This document shows positions 1 through 9,852 of a stretch of 64,000 nt of DNA, piece after piece. Source of the stretch: an uncultured delta proteobacterium (GTDB lineage Bacteria > Desulfobacterota > WTBG01 > CAIYCZ01); the NCBI GenBank assembly GCA_963803975.1, contig CAWDOY010000003.1:160001-224000 (forward strand), given 5' to 3'. The translations under genes and the position numbers were made by a program. A model generated the notes under the pieces. That model did not search any database, was not told the DNA's origin, and saw nothing but the letters and a program-made list of their open reading frames with translations. Position 1 is the stretch's first letter; the number at the start of each line of letters is the position of its first letter.

Positions 1-874
1 CTATTCTTCGTCAAACCGCTTATCCCTCAGACTGTCTACAAACTGCGGGGTAATGACAGAAATTCCCTTTTCTTTTGCTGCATCAACAACCACTTCTATC
101 ATTCCATTCAAAAAGATAGCGGGCACTTTCAAAAGCCGTGCGCAGGCATCTTCCTGCCATGTGATGTTCGGGTCAAATCGGGAACAGGCATACTTAACGG
201 TTGCCATGGTGTTGCCTTTTCCCCGCGGGATCGGGATAGCATAGGGCGGTGAGTGCCTGGCAAACCAGAACCGTACATTATCCCGGTATCCATAATCAAC
301 GGGCAGGGCAGGGAACCCCTGTCCCTTGAATAAACAATCCCGCCATTTTTTCTGCATGATGATTTTGTCAATGCGCAGCAGAAAGTGGTATTCCATGCGC
401 TCTTTATTATGCTGCAGCGTAAAACTCTCATCCCAGCTGCACAAAAAGACCTGAACCGCCTCTTTCACAATATCAGGATGCGTCGCGCAAACCTGGCGGT
501 TGCGCGGCTTGCCATACGGGGTTGCCGGCAGCAGGGTAAAGATGCTTCTTTTCATTTTCTCCTCAGTGGTCTCACCGGGATAACCAAGCATAACGCAGTT
601 CTTCATATATTTCTTCGTGTCAGGAATATAATTAAGGGAGCAAACTTTCGTGCGTATGATGTTAGCGGCGGTATTGCTGCTGCCGCGTGCGATAAGCATC
701 ATGGCGTGCTGCTGGTCTCCCGCGATAATATGGGGAAAGCAGAGTGAATACGGTCCCAGGTTGATCATCCCGGACTCTGAATAAGGTGCTCACCAGTATC
801 ACCGGCATCGGAATAAAACTCGACGTCTGATAAAAGTTATCTACAATTCGTATTTCGGTAAAATCCTGAGACAT
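1..874 (-). CDS. Flavin reductase-like protein (DIM6/NTAB family) with C-terminal PCP_red domain; one frameshift near 780
   Basis: ORFs 662..874 and 1..768 join if one T near 780 is removed, giving PMPVILVSTLSESGMINLGPYS...SNTAANI...SLNYI, a flavin reductase-like pattern. The C-terminus ITWQEDACARLLKVPAIFLNG...AAKEKGISVITPQFV matches PCP_red. Confidence 0.75.
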
Positions 875-937
875 GCATGAACCTCCATTGGAAAGAGTAA
901 AATGTTATAATTAACCGCGTTAAACAGATAATATAAG

Positions 938-974
938 AGCCCTTTAATTTCAAGAAAAATGAAATTAAAGGGCT
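938..974. promoter_or_regulatory. Perfect 15-bp inverted repeat in the divergent promoter region (candidate operator)
   Basis: AGCCCTTTAATTTCA-7 nt-TGAAATTAAAGGGCT. Confidence 0.55.
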
Positions 975-986
975 GATAAATATATC

Positions 987-1025
987 TTGACTCGAAAGTT
1001 GCTTGTGATAATAGTTTGGAAACTA
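987..1025 (+). promoter_or_regulatory. Putative sigma70 promoter overlapped by a short palindrome
   Basis: TTGACT at 987-992, TG-n-TAATAG at 1006-1014, and palindrome TAGTTT-GG-AAACTA at 1012-1025. Confidence 0.4.
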
Positions 1026-1101
1026 AATATAAGGTATCAAATTAAACAGCATGTGGCAACATAATTATTACAGCTGATAATCGGCTGACCATTTACCGGA
1101 T

Positions 1102-1602
1102 ATGAAGACAGGAAAGAAAATAATGAAAAATAAAAATGAAAACATTAATTTAAAGGAAATTGAGGAGTTCGGAGATCATCTGCGCAATTGGAGAAATTTT
1201 TTCACTGAGTTTTTTAATAACGTAATAAAAGACAGCGGCAAAATATCAGGCTTTGATTTCAGTATGTCACAGTTTAAGACCATGGGGGCCTTTCGGGAAG
1301 ATACGGTCTATACCATGGGCGAGTTAAGTAAAAATGCTTCTGTTACCATGCCGACCATGACTGAAATGATTGATAATCTGGAGCGGGAAGGAATTGCCGA
1401 GCGGATAAGGGATTCTCAGGATCGGAGGGTAGTAAAGGTACGTTTAACTGCAAAAGGAAAAAAGCTGCGCAAGAAATTCATGGATAAACGAAGGAATGAA
1501 CTTAAAAACATACTCAGCAATCTGAGTAAAGAAGACCGGGGTGAGCTTATGAATGCGCTTGCCAAAGCGTACAGCGTACTGAAGAAAAACAGCACGGTAT
1601 AA
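1102..1602 (+). CDS. MarR family transcriptional regulator (alternative start at 1123)
   Basis: Winged-HTH signature TMGELS...VTMPTMTEMIDNLEREGIAERIRDSQDRRVVKVRLTAKG. Confidence 0.92.
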   Translation: MKTGKKIMKNKNENINLKEIEEFGDHLRNWRNFFTEFFNNVIKDSGKISGFDFSMSQFKTMGAFREDTVYTMGELSKNASVTMPTMTEMIDNLEREGIAERIRDSQDRRVVKVRLTAKGKKLRKKFMDKRRNELKNILSNLSKEDRGELMNALAKAYSVLKKNSTV

Positions 1603-1637
1603 TACGGCCTGTAGAATAAACAGATAAGGAGAGGATT

Positions 1638-2883
1638 ATGCTTAAAAGCTATGAGCACTGCTGTTCTTCAATGCAGGCTTTGGCAACACTGGGGAAGGTG
1701 GAGGGAATCATTCCTTTGCTGCATGGACCGCAGCCATGCGCCTATCAGATTCAGATAGGAACCATGACCTGCCGTCCATCACGCCTTCTTACCGCTGGTA
1801 CTTTGATTAAGAAATCAGAGGTGGTCTTCGGCGGCGAAGAAAATTTAAAAAATCAAATAATCAATATGTACCGCCAGTATAAGCCAAAAATAATCGTAAT
1901 CATCAATACGTGTCTTCCCCAGCTCATCGGCGAGGATATAAAAGGGGTAATCAGTGAAATAGAACTGGAACTGCCTGATTTAAAAGTGACCTATATTGAC
2001 AGTGGATTCAATTTCCCTAAATGTATGCCTCTGGGAAACGATGTGGCGTGGGTATCGATCGTGAGACTGCTTGAAATAAAAGAGAAGGTAAAGGGATCAA
2101 TTGGTCTGGTTGGAAGGTCAGGGCAGGATGCCGGAGCTTTTACATCATTTGACACGTTTTTAAAGCGGGCAGGGATTACGGTATTCCCGTTTCCCGCTCC
2201 GCATCTGAATGAAATGGAAAAAATTGCATGTGCAGAAATTATATTCCCAGTCCATGTAGTACCGTTCCTGACCTGCAAAGAGATGAGCGAACGCTTCGGG
2301 TCAAGGGTAGAATATATTGAAATTCCTGCAGGTGTGCAGGGCACTACAAATTTCCTGCGGGGGGTTGCTGATATCCTGAAAAACCAGAAGCTGCATGATC
2401 TGGTGGATACAGCAGGAGCAGGAAATGCGGCCCCGCATAGAAGCTATAAAAGAGCGCTTTGCCAAAAACCCGATTAAAGTGATGTTTGCATTCGGGCCGG
2501 CAAGTGAGTTCGGGCTGAGCAAGATTATGGCTGACTTCGGAGCTGAGGTCATAATGATTCCTTCAATGAAAAATAAGTTCGCACAGCAGGAGAAAGAGCT
2601 GCAGAAGAAGCGATACAACGTGACTATTATTGAGGAAGATTTTGATACCCTGGAGGATCTCTATGATCAGTACCGGCCGGATGCAGTGTTTTGTGAAACG
2701 CAGGGCCGGGTAGAACTTACCTCGCGGCTTATTCCAACATTTTGCAACATGACTTATTTAACTGCTTACGGATATGACTTTGCTCTGGATATGGGGGAAA
2801 AGTTCCATGAGAGTATGAAGCTCGATGTATTATCATCCTGGAGAGATGTGGTTCAGAGATACGGAGGCGATCTCAATGCGTAG
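1638..2883 (+). CDS. Nitrogenase component-1-like oxidoreductase, alpha-type subunit (BchN/BchY/CfbD-like); frameshift near 2405
   Basis: Three cluster-ligand motifs EHCCSS, LHGPQPC and NTCLPQLIGEDI, plus EVVFGGEENL. ORFs 1638..2477 and 2395..2883 join by removing one G near 2405 (about 415 aa). Confidence 0.85.
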
Positions 2884-4639
2884 TACTGAAGGCAAGGCAA
2901 TGAAGCAGCTGGAACTGGCAGGCGCCCGCGAGCTGAAGATGAAGGAGATTCATAAGCCTTCAGCGTTTGAGGGGGCTTTGTGGACGGCTCTCGGTATAAA
3001 AGATGCGCGGGTTATTTACCACGCACCTCCCGGCTGCTACATCAGTCAGCATATGGATGCGCTGATGCATGAGTATCCGTTTGAATTATATACGACGTCA
3101 CTTTCATATGCCAATGTTATGCAGGGTGCAGAGAACCAGCTCGAAGCAGTGTTGAGAAAAACCCTGGCACGAAAACCAAAACCGAAACTGGTAATCATTG
3201 TTACTTCTCCCAGTGTTGAAATAACCGGCGATGATGTGGAGGGGGTTGTAGAAAAAGTCGGAGATAAAAACTGTGTCGTAATAAGGCCCCCGATTGGCGG
3301 AAGCCTGCACGAGGGAAGGGAAAAGGCGTTAATAAGTCTGATAGACATAATGGTTCCAGCTGTTGAAAAGATTGCTAAAACAGTTAATTTTATTGGTCCG
3401 ACTTTTGATACCTTTAACTGGAGAGCTGACGCATTTGAGCTAAAAAGAATGCTTTCACGTATCGGCATCAAGGTTAATGCGGTACTGACCGGTGGATCAC
3501 GAGTGAATGAAATTATTAACGCACCACGTGCTTTATTAAACCTCTGCTTGTATCCCTATGACTGCGGTATTGAGACGGCGCAGATCATGGAGAAGAAATT
3601 CGGCATTCCGTATCTTGCCGGCCATGTACCAATTGGTTTTAAAGAATCTGCTGTCTGGCTTGAAGAAATTGCTGGCTTTTTCAAGGTGGACGCACGGGAA
3701 TATCTTAAAGAAGAGACCGAAATGATATTTGAACTAATCCAGTCCTTTATGGTGCTGCCTATTACGTTTGAATGCTCTGCTGCTCTGTCGCTGGATAATA
3801 ACGATACCTATGCAGTGGGCATAAGTCAATTTCTGAAAAAGGAATTGGGAATGGAGCTCTCCATGGTGGCTGTAGGCAGTGATGCTGCAGGGGAAAAAGT
3901 AAAAGAAGTCTGCAGTAATGTTCTGGTAGAACCTACCATTGATGAAAAGAAGGAGCAGTTTATCGAAAAGGGCCCGATGATGATTATGGGCAACTTTTAT
4001 GATTTAAAGATAGCCAAAGAACTTGGTTTTAATAACTTCCTCTTCGCTGATATTCCAACGCTGGGATACATTGCCACAGAGGCAAGCCCCTACATGGGTT
4101 TCCAGGGGGCAAGGAATTTGATTCAGCAGACGGGCAATCAGATTTATATCAATTTTCTCATTGAGACCAAGGGCGGCATGGAAGAAGCCATCTCTTTGGG
4201 AGAAATTCCCTGGGACCTTGATGCACGGGAAGCGTTTGTAAAAGTCGCAGCCGTAATTCCGCATTTTATTAAAGCTACCGCCATGAGAAAGCTGCAGAAA
4301 AAAGCAGAAGAGCTTGCAGTTAAAAATGGCACGGGAATTACTATGGATATAATTAGAACGGTAACAGAACAGTACACGCCAACCAGGTTTAAATCAAAAT
4401 TTTTATCTGCATTGCAGGGCGGTCAAGACGGAGAGCAACAGGGGGAATTTTCTGCAGAACTAACATTTACCATGGAATGGGATGCACCAGCCAGGGAATT
4501 GATGGAAAAGATTCCGCAGGAAGTTAAAACAATGGCAGTTGCAGGTACTGAGGAATTTGCAAGAGAGAAAGGCTACAAAAAAATAACAGTCGGCGTAGTG
4601 AATGAGTTCAAAGAAGAGGCCGGCATGGGGAAAAATTAA
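2876..4639 (+). CDS. Nitrogenase component-1-like oxidoreductase, beta-type subunit (BchB/BchZ-like) with two C-terminal PCP_red domains
   Basis: Motifs PSAFEGA, YHAPPGC, TSPSVEITGDD, FNWRADAFELKRML and PYMGFQGA. Tails IPWDLDAREAFVKVAAVIPHFIK and MEWDAPARELMEKIPQEVK...EEFAREKGYKKIT. The ATG at 2876 overlaps the end of the upstream gene. Confidence 0.85.
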   Translation: MRSTEGKAMKQLELAGARELKMKEIHKPSAFEGALWTALGIKDARVIYHAPPGCYISQHMDALMHEYPFELYTTSLSYANVMQGAENQLEAVLRKTLARKPKPKLVIIVTSPSVEITGDDVEGVVEKVGDKNCVVIRPPIGGSLHEGREKALISLIDIMVPAVEKIAKTVNFIGPTFDTFNWRADAFELKRMLSRIGIKVNAVLTGGSRVNEIINAPRALLNLCLYPYDCGIETAQIMEKKFGIPYLAGHVPIGFKESAVWLEEIAGFFKVDAREYLKEETEMIFELIQSFMVLPITFECSAALSLDNNDTYAVGISQFLKKELGMELSMVAVGSDAAGEKVKEVCSNVLVEPTIDEKKEQFIEKGPMMIMGNFYDLKIAKELGFNNFLFADIPTLGYIATEASPYMGFQGARNLIQQTGNQIYINFLIETKGGMEEAISLGEIPWDLDAREAFVKVAAVIPHFIKATAMRKLQKKAEELAVKNGTGITMDIIRTVTEQYTPTRFKSKFLSALQGGQDGEQQGEFSAELTFTMEWDAPARELMEKIPQEVKTMAVAGTEEFAREKGYKKITVGVVNEFKEEAGMGKN

Positions 4640-4744
4640 ACGAAATGTTCTTAACAGAAAGGAGGCAAACATTTACGCAATAATAGCAGAAAATGAAAGC
4701 CAGAGAAAATTTAAAACTATGAAAAAATATGGAGGAGAATTGTT

Positions 4745-5785
4745 ATGAAAAAAACATTGTCAGTACTGTTTGCTTTTATATTTATGGTTAGTTCCGCCTC
4801 TATACTATTTGCTTCAGAAGCAAAAAAGGCAGCAACTGCAGGCGGCAAAGAAAAGATAGGTATTCTTATGGTTGCCCATGGAGAGCCGGAAACGTTTGAT
4901 GCTCCGGTATGGGAAAAAGGCTTAAAACTGATGTTCAAAGAGTTTAAGGACTCCGGCATGGAAGTACCTACTGATGAAGCATTTCCGACAATCCTTGAAG
5001 AGATTAAGCATAAATATGAGGTTATGGGAGGTAAATCACGCCATGCCGAAATGTCACGATTGCAGTGCAAGCTTGTCTGCACAGAAGATGCCCGGCTATG
5101 ATTTCCGTCTTGGCTTTATGGAGTTTATGGGGCCTGAATTTTCCGAAGTGGCAGAAGGGATGATTAAGGATGGAATTAAAAAGATAGTCTTTCTGCACAT
5201 GCTGCAGACGGATTCCACACACACCGGAGAAATAAACAACAAGATAAAAGAGATGAAGCTTGAGGAGCGGGGGATAAAATACGCAATCAGCAAGCCACTC
5301 TTCTACAGACCTGAACCTACGCAGCTCGTTATCGATAAAATTTTGAAAGCTACCGGGAATACGCCGTATGAGCAGGTCGGGGTTGTGCTTGCATCACACG
5401 GAGAACCTGAGGCCTGGGTTAAAGCGAATCTGTTAAATACAAAATGCAAAGAGCAGGAGATTGCATTCTGTAACTGCGTAAAAAAGGGCTTAATTGAGAG
5501 AGGCTTTGTTTGGGAAAATATTACCCAGGGATTTAATGAATTCCAAAAACCGGAAATGCCCGAGGCGGTAGAGCTTATGGCTGAACGGAAAGCAAAGAAA
5601 GTGGTTGTCATCCCCAGCTTTGGCACTACTGAAGGAATGCATATCACCTACGATATACCGACCAAAGCACGGACAGCTTGGTAGATCCTTCAATAGAACT
5701 GGTTTATACCGGAGGATGGAACGATAACCCGCTTCTTATAAAAGCATGGGTTGAGCTTGCAAAAGAGGCTTTGAAAAGGTTGTAG
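4745..5785 (+). CDS. Class II chelatase-like protein (two CbiX/SirB-type domains) with N-terminal signal peptide; frameshifts near 5077 and 5680
   Basis: Signal-like MKKTLSVLFAFIFMVSSASILFA, then VAHGE...YEVMGGKSRH...DSTH and ASHGE...GMHITYDIP. The downstream frame continues LVDPSIELVYTGGWNDNPLLIKAW...KRL*, collinear with the paralog at 10450. Confidence 0.75.
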
Positions 5786-5814
5786 TGACTAACTATTTTA
5801 AAAGGATACTAAGC

Positions 5815-5985
5815 ATGGCAAAAATAGATACAACTAAGTGTGTAGGATGCGGCGGGTGCATTGACCTCTGTCCAGTGATTGCGATTGCTATGATACAGGA
5901 TGTGGTGACTGTAGATCAGGATATCTGTACAAAATGCGGCATCTGCATAAAAGTCTGTCCCGTGCGTGCACCTTACGAAGATTAG
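5815..5985 (+). CDS. 2x[4Fe-4S] ferredoxin
   Basis: CVGCGGCIDLCP and CTKCGICIKVCP motifs, 56 aa. Confidence 0.95.
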   Translation: MAKIDTTKCVGCGGCIDLCPVIAIAMIQDVVTVDQDICTKCGICIKVCPVRAPYED

Positions 5986-6022
5986 CACGAATAATTAGAC
6001 ATTTTATAAAAGAGGATGCTAT

Positions 6023-7354
6023 ATGGCAAAAAAATATGATCTCGTGATAGTGGGCGCGGGCCCTGCAGGATTAATGGCTGGAAGAATCGCTGCTGAGAAC
6101 GGCTTGAAGGTTGTCATTTTAGAGAGGAAAACAGATATCTGCAAGGTGAGAAGATTTGACGGCGGCGTGTTTGCTATCAATGAATACACCTTTGGCCAGC
6201 TCGCTTTGTATAACGAACGGGATAAGAGGGTCACTTTTCCTGTTGGCGGATTTTCCACTCGCTATGACGGCCCGTACACCAATGTTTTTGGCTTCCACCT
6301 TTATTCGCCGGGAGGAAAAAGGCTGCGGTTTGGTGACTGGACGAAACTGAAGGACGATCCAATAAAAAACCGGGTAGCCATAGCGCTCAATAAAGAAATA
6401 CTGTTAAAAAGCATGCTTGATGATTGTCTGGCAACGAGTGTTGAGGTGTTACCCAATGTAAATGTCACTGCCGTGAAAACCGGCGATAACCGGGTTACGG
6501 TAACCGGCAACGGCGAGGAGTATGAAGCACCGTTTCTGATAGCGGCAGATGGTTCTAATTCGAGGATTGCACGGCTTGCCGGTTTCAACAAAGAACGGGA
6601 GTTTTTTGCTACCTCGCGTCACATCGGTTATGAGGTTGAGGGAATGGACTATGATGAATTAAACGGGTTTATCATAGCTCTCACCAAACATGGCTTCTAC
6701 AGCATACTCCCTTATTTTGAAAAAGGGGTAAATCACATCGGGCATCTTACCCATGACCCGTCAGTAGACCTGCATGCAACCATGCAATGGTTCATCAAGG
6801 AATCGCCGGTCTTTTCATCCTGGTTTAAAAAGGCCAAGGTGCGCGAAACAGGACTTACCGGATGTGTTGTGAATGTCTATAAGGCACTGGAAGACCCGTT
6901 TAAAGATAATGTGATACTGGTGTCTGATGCTGCCTGGATACAGGAGGTGAGCATTCCCTCGGCAATGTGTTTTGGCTGGAAGGCGGCAAATGCTGTTACG
7001 CTGGCTTTGCATGATGGAAAACCAAACCGTGAAGGAGTGCAAAGCTATCTTGATTGGTATGGCATTAATTTTTACCAGCCGCACGGCAACAGAAAAATGG
7101 TTGCAATTGAAATGCAGAAGTTTCTTGCAACCGAAGACCTTGATTATCTGGCAGAGCTGCCGGGGAAGGTCTTTCGCCAGACCATGGATTTCCACTATCT
7201 GTTCCATATGCTCGGCGAGATATATGGCGGAGACGGGATGATAAAAATATCAGAAGAGCGTCCGGATATCATGGAAAAGCTTATTGATGCGCGGGGAAGT
7301 ATGGCAGAAGCATCTGAGGAAAGACGCAAGATGGGTTTTCCCGGGAAAAAATAA
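6023..7354 (+). CDS. FAD-dependent oxidoreductase, geranylgeranyl reductase/FixC family
   Basis: YDLVIVGAGPAG Rossmann motif, LIAADGSNS and ILVSDAA motifs, adjacent to the ferredoxin. Confidence 0.85.
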   Translation: MAKKYDLVIVGAGPAGLMAGRIAAENGLKVVILERKTDICKVRRFDGGVFAINEYTFGQLALYNERDKRVTFPVGGFSTRYDGPYTNVFGFHLYSPGGKRLRFGDWTKLKDDPIKNRVAIALNKEILLKSMLDDCLATSVEVLPNVNVTAVKTGDNRVTVTGNGEEYEAPFLIAADGSNSRIARLAGFNKEREFFATSRHIGYEVEGMDYDELNGFIIALTKHGFYSILPYFEKGVNHIGHLTHDPSVDLHATMQWFIKESPVFSSWFKKAKVRETGLTGCVVNVYKALEDPFKDNVILVSDAAWIQEVSIPSAMCFGWKAANAVTLALHDGKPNREGVQSYLDWYGINFYQPHGNRKMVAIEMQKFLATEDLDYLAELPGKVFRQTMDFHYLFHMLGEIYGGDGMIKISEERPDIMEKLIDARGSMAEASEERRKMGFPGKK

Positions 7355-7372
7355 TAAACAAAGGAGAAGAAC

Positions 7373-8188
7373 ATGAATAAAATCAGATTACCAATAATAC
7401 CAGTTATAGTTGCAGCACTGATGTGCATGTGGGCATACGGCACCGTAGCCTACGCAGCCGCAGATATAAAAGCTTTGAAAACTAAAATAGACGATACCTG
7501 GGACAGTGGTGATTTTAAAGCATTTGAAAATCTGGAAAAGGAATTAACTTCACAGGTTAGCGATAAGGATGCTGATGGCTGTCTGGTGCTGGCTAAATTT
7601 TACTATTGGTATTCGATGCTCTATGCGGAAAAAGCAAATACTGATAAAAAGCACTGGCTTGATGAGGAAAAGTATGCCGGCGATAAGGCACTGTGGGCTA
7701 AAGGCGGGGAGATGATTGATAAGGCCCTTGACTTAATTAAAAAGGCTGATGAAATGAGTCCGGGAAATCCCCAAATACTTCCTTATTATGCTGTAATCAA
7801 ATATCGCAAGATACGCCATTGCGGCAACATGATATGTGCCATGCTGCATATGAAGAGCCTTTTGGATGTAACCCGGCTTACCATTGAGAAAGGCAAAAAT
7901 GACGCAAGCGCCAATCTGGCTTATGGTATCTACAAGCTCGGCAGATCACAGAAAATGGGAGGCAATCCCCGTGAAGCCATCAGCTATCTGCAGGTGGTTA
8001 TAAAACTTGATCCCAACAGGGCCGAAGGATATTTCTGGTACGGTAAATTTTTCATGAGCCCGAATATAAAATTTCAACCTAAGCTTGCCCGTCCGAATTT
8101 TGAAAAGGCGGTTGCTCTTAATCCAAAAAACTGGCTGTATAAGGAAACGCTTGAACAATTTAACAAAGACTATCCTCCTGAAAAATAA
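7373..8188 (+). CDS. Secreted TPR-repeat protein
   Basis: Signal peptide ending ...AYA-A and TPR-like repeats (EAISYLQVVIKLDPNRAEGYFWYG; ARPNFEKAVALNPKN). Confidence 0.75.
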   Translation: MNKIRLPIIPVIVAALMCMWAYGTVAYAAADIKALKTKIDDTWDSGDFKAFENLEKELTSQVSDKDADGCLVLAKFYYWYSMLYAEKANTDKKHWLDEEKYAGDKALWAKGGEMIDKALDLIKKADEMSPGNPQILPYYAVIKYRKIRHCGNMICAMLHMKSLLDVTRLTIEKGKNDASANLAYGIYKLGRSQKMGGNPREAISYLQVVIKLDPNRAEGYFWYGKFFMSPNIKFQPKLARPNFEKAVALNPKNWLYKETLEQFNKDYPPEK

Positions 8189-8208
8189 AACAACAATAAT
8201 TCTGCTAT

Positions 8209-8245
8209 GGTTCGGGACCATCTTTAGTTTAGGCGGTTCCGAACC
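8209..8245 (+). terminator. Intergenic stem-loop (terminator or mRNA stabiliser)
   Basis: GGTTCGGGACC...GGTTCCGAACC, 11-bp stem with one G-U pair. Confidence 0.45.
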
Positions 8246-8277
8246 TTAATAAATTTAAATACACCAAGAGGTATAGC

Positions 8278-9717
8278 ATGAAAATTCTTAAAATAGTCCT
8301 ACTATGTATAGTTGTTCTTGTTATCGCAGGGTATGGATTATACAAGTATAAAAACCTACCACAAAAACCCGATTATTATGAGTTCTATAAGAATCAGGAT
8401 ACCGTGCCTGAAGGGAAGATAGGGGTTCTGGTGGCCGGCTTGATCATGCCGGAAAAGATCAGCCCGGTGTTTTTCAATAATGTAGCGAAAAAAATCTTTA
8501 AGACGATCGTTCCCTGGCCGGCCCGCAATTTTGTTACAGCAGATAAAGGGGTCGCTCTGCTTGATCCGGTTACGTTCCACTCTCATGAATCTTTTACGCC
8601 GACCAGTCTTATTGACCCTGATGGTAGCGACCGTGACATAGACGGAATGCCCTATATCGAGAAGTATAAGCAGGGACTGGTGAAATGGGTTCCCCCATCA
8701 TCCATGCTCTATCTTGATCACGGCTATTTTCTCTACACCGGACGCAAGGGTGGCCAGCCAACTATTTGCGGGAAAATAATAAATAAATCCCGCATCTGGT
8801 ATCACAATAAAGGCAGCCTCCAGCATGATCTTCCCCACTGGAAGCAGACCTTTAAGGTAATTGATGGTGCACATGAAAAGCTGAAGGAAAAATATGGAAA
8901 TATTGAGTTCCGGGCTGAATGTAATATGTTTTATTATGAGCTGCGCGAAAAGCTCTATGAACTGCTCGATGCAGGATGCACTACGCTCGTGCTCAGCTCG
9001 CCTCTTCCCATGTACTCGCACTTTGAAGAATTTAACTCAGGTTTTCGCCACTGCTTTGAGTTTATTGAGGAGTGGGAAAAAGAACACCCCGGTAAGAAAA
9101 TTAAGGTCATCATGGCGCCGCCCATGGGGCTCTATCAGCCCTATCGAAAGGCGTTTTTAGAAATGCTGAAAGACCGATTGGATACTTTGCCTAAAGATGC
9201 CAGCATTACGGTAGTGGTAAGTGTTCACGGCATGCCCTGGGATCTTTTCACATGGGAAGCATGGATACAGCTTGCTCCACCCTGGCGCGACAAGCTGTTT
9301 GAAGAAATCAAGGAGATGGTGGATTCATATAAATTTAAAAAGACTAATGTGGTAGCAGCACAGGATGAGTTTGCAGACCCGATCTGGGACCCAAAACAAA
9401 AATATCTTTCAACCAACCGCGCCTACTGGAATGCAATCAAGGAAGGATATGATTATGCGATTAATATCCCGATAGAATTTTATGGCGAAAACTCAGATAC
9501 GATGTTTCACCATGCACTGAAAAACTATCACGGGTTTGATCAGTATGATTTGTATAAGCCGATTGATTATCCTGACTGGTCGGTTCCTTTAACCAGAGAA
9601 TTTGTACAAGGAAAAACCCGCATAATATATAATGGAGTGCCGGTAGGCAAATATCAAAAGTACGTAATTGAAGCATTTTACCAATCAATTGACTCCATTT
9701 TATCTAAGAAAAAATAA
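8278..9717 (+). CDS. Ferrochelatase (HemH)-like protein with N-terminal membrane anchor
   Basis: N-terminal hydrophobic helix. HemH-like motifs: PLPMYSH (cf. LYPQYS), VSVHGMP (cf. SAHGLP) and IPIEFYGENSDT (cf. PxGFVxDHLE). Confidence 0.6.
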   Translation: MKILKIVLLCIVVLVIAGYGLYKYKNLPQKPDYYEFYKNQDTVPEGKIGVLVAGLIMPEKISPVFFNNVAKKIFKTIVPWPARNFVTADKGVALLDPVTFHSHESFTPTSLIDPDGSDRDIDGMPYIEKYKQGLVKWVPPSSMLYLDHGYFLYTGRKGGQPTICGKIINKSRIWYHNKGSLQHDLPHWKQTFKVIDGAHEKLKEKYGNIEFRAECNMFYYELREKLYELLDAGCTTLVLSSPLPMYSHFEEFNSGFRHCFEFIEEWEKEHPGKKIKVIMAPPMGLYQPYRKAFLEMLKDRLDTLPKDASITVVVSVHGMPWDLFTWEAWIQLAPPWRDKLFEEIKEMVDSYKFKKTNVVAAQDEFADPIWDPKQKYLSTNRAYWNAIKEGYDYAINIPIEFYGENSDTMFHHALKNYHGFDQYDLYKPIDYPDWSVPLTREFVQGKTRIIYNGVPVGKYQKYVIEAFYQSIDSILSKKK

Positions 9718-9737
9718 TTTGTTATTTGCCTGACTCG

Positions 9738-9785
9738 CAAGCAGGTTCAGACCTTGCCGCATAAGGATGGGTCTGAACCTGCTTG
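9738..9785 (+). terminator. Intergenic stem-loop with a perfect 16-bp stem
   Basis: CAAGCAGGTTCAGACC-16 nt-GGTCTGAACCTGCTTG, with no U-tract. Confidence 0.5.
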
Positions 9786-9852
9786 GAAAATTCAATCTGC
9801 AACACATAATATATCAACCAGCACTAAATGGGTCTTAACGGTGGAGAAATTA

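Noticed and set aside
1638..4639. True nitrogenase (nifDK) or evidence of phototrophy
   Set aside because: FeMo-co ligand motifs are not evident, the beta subunit has PCP_red tails, and no nifH/nifB/nifEN or bch/puf genes are in the window.
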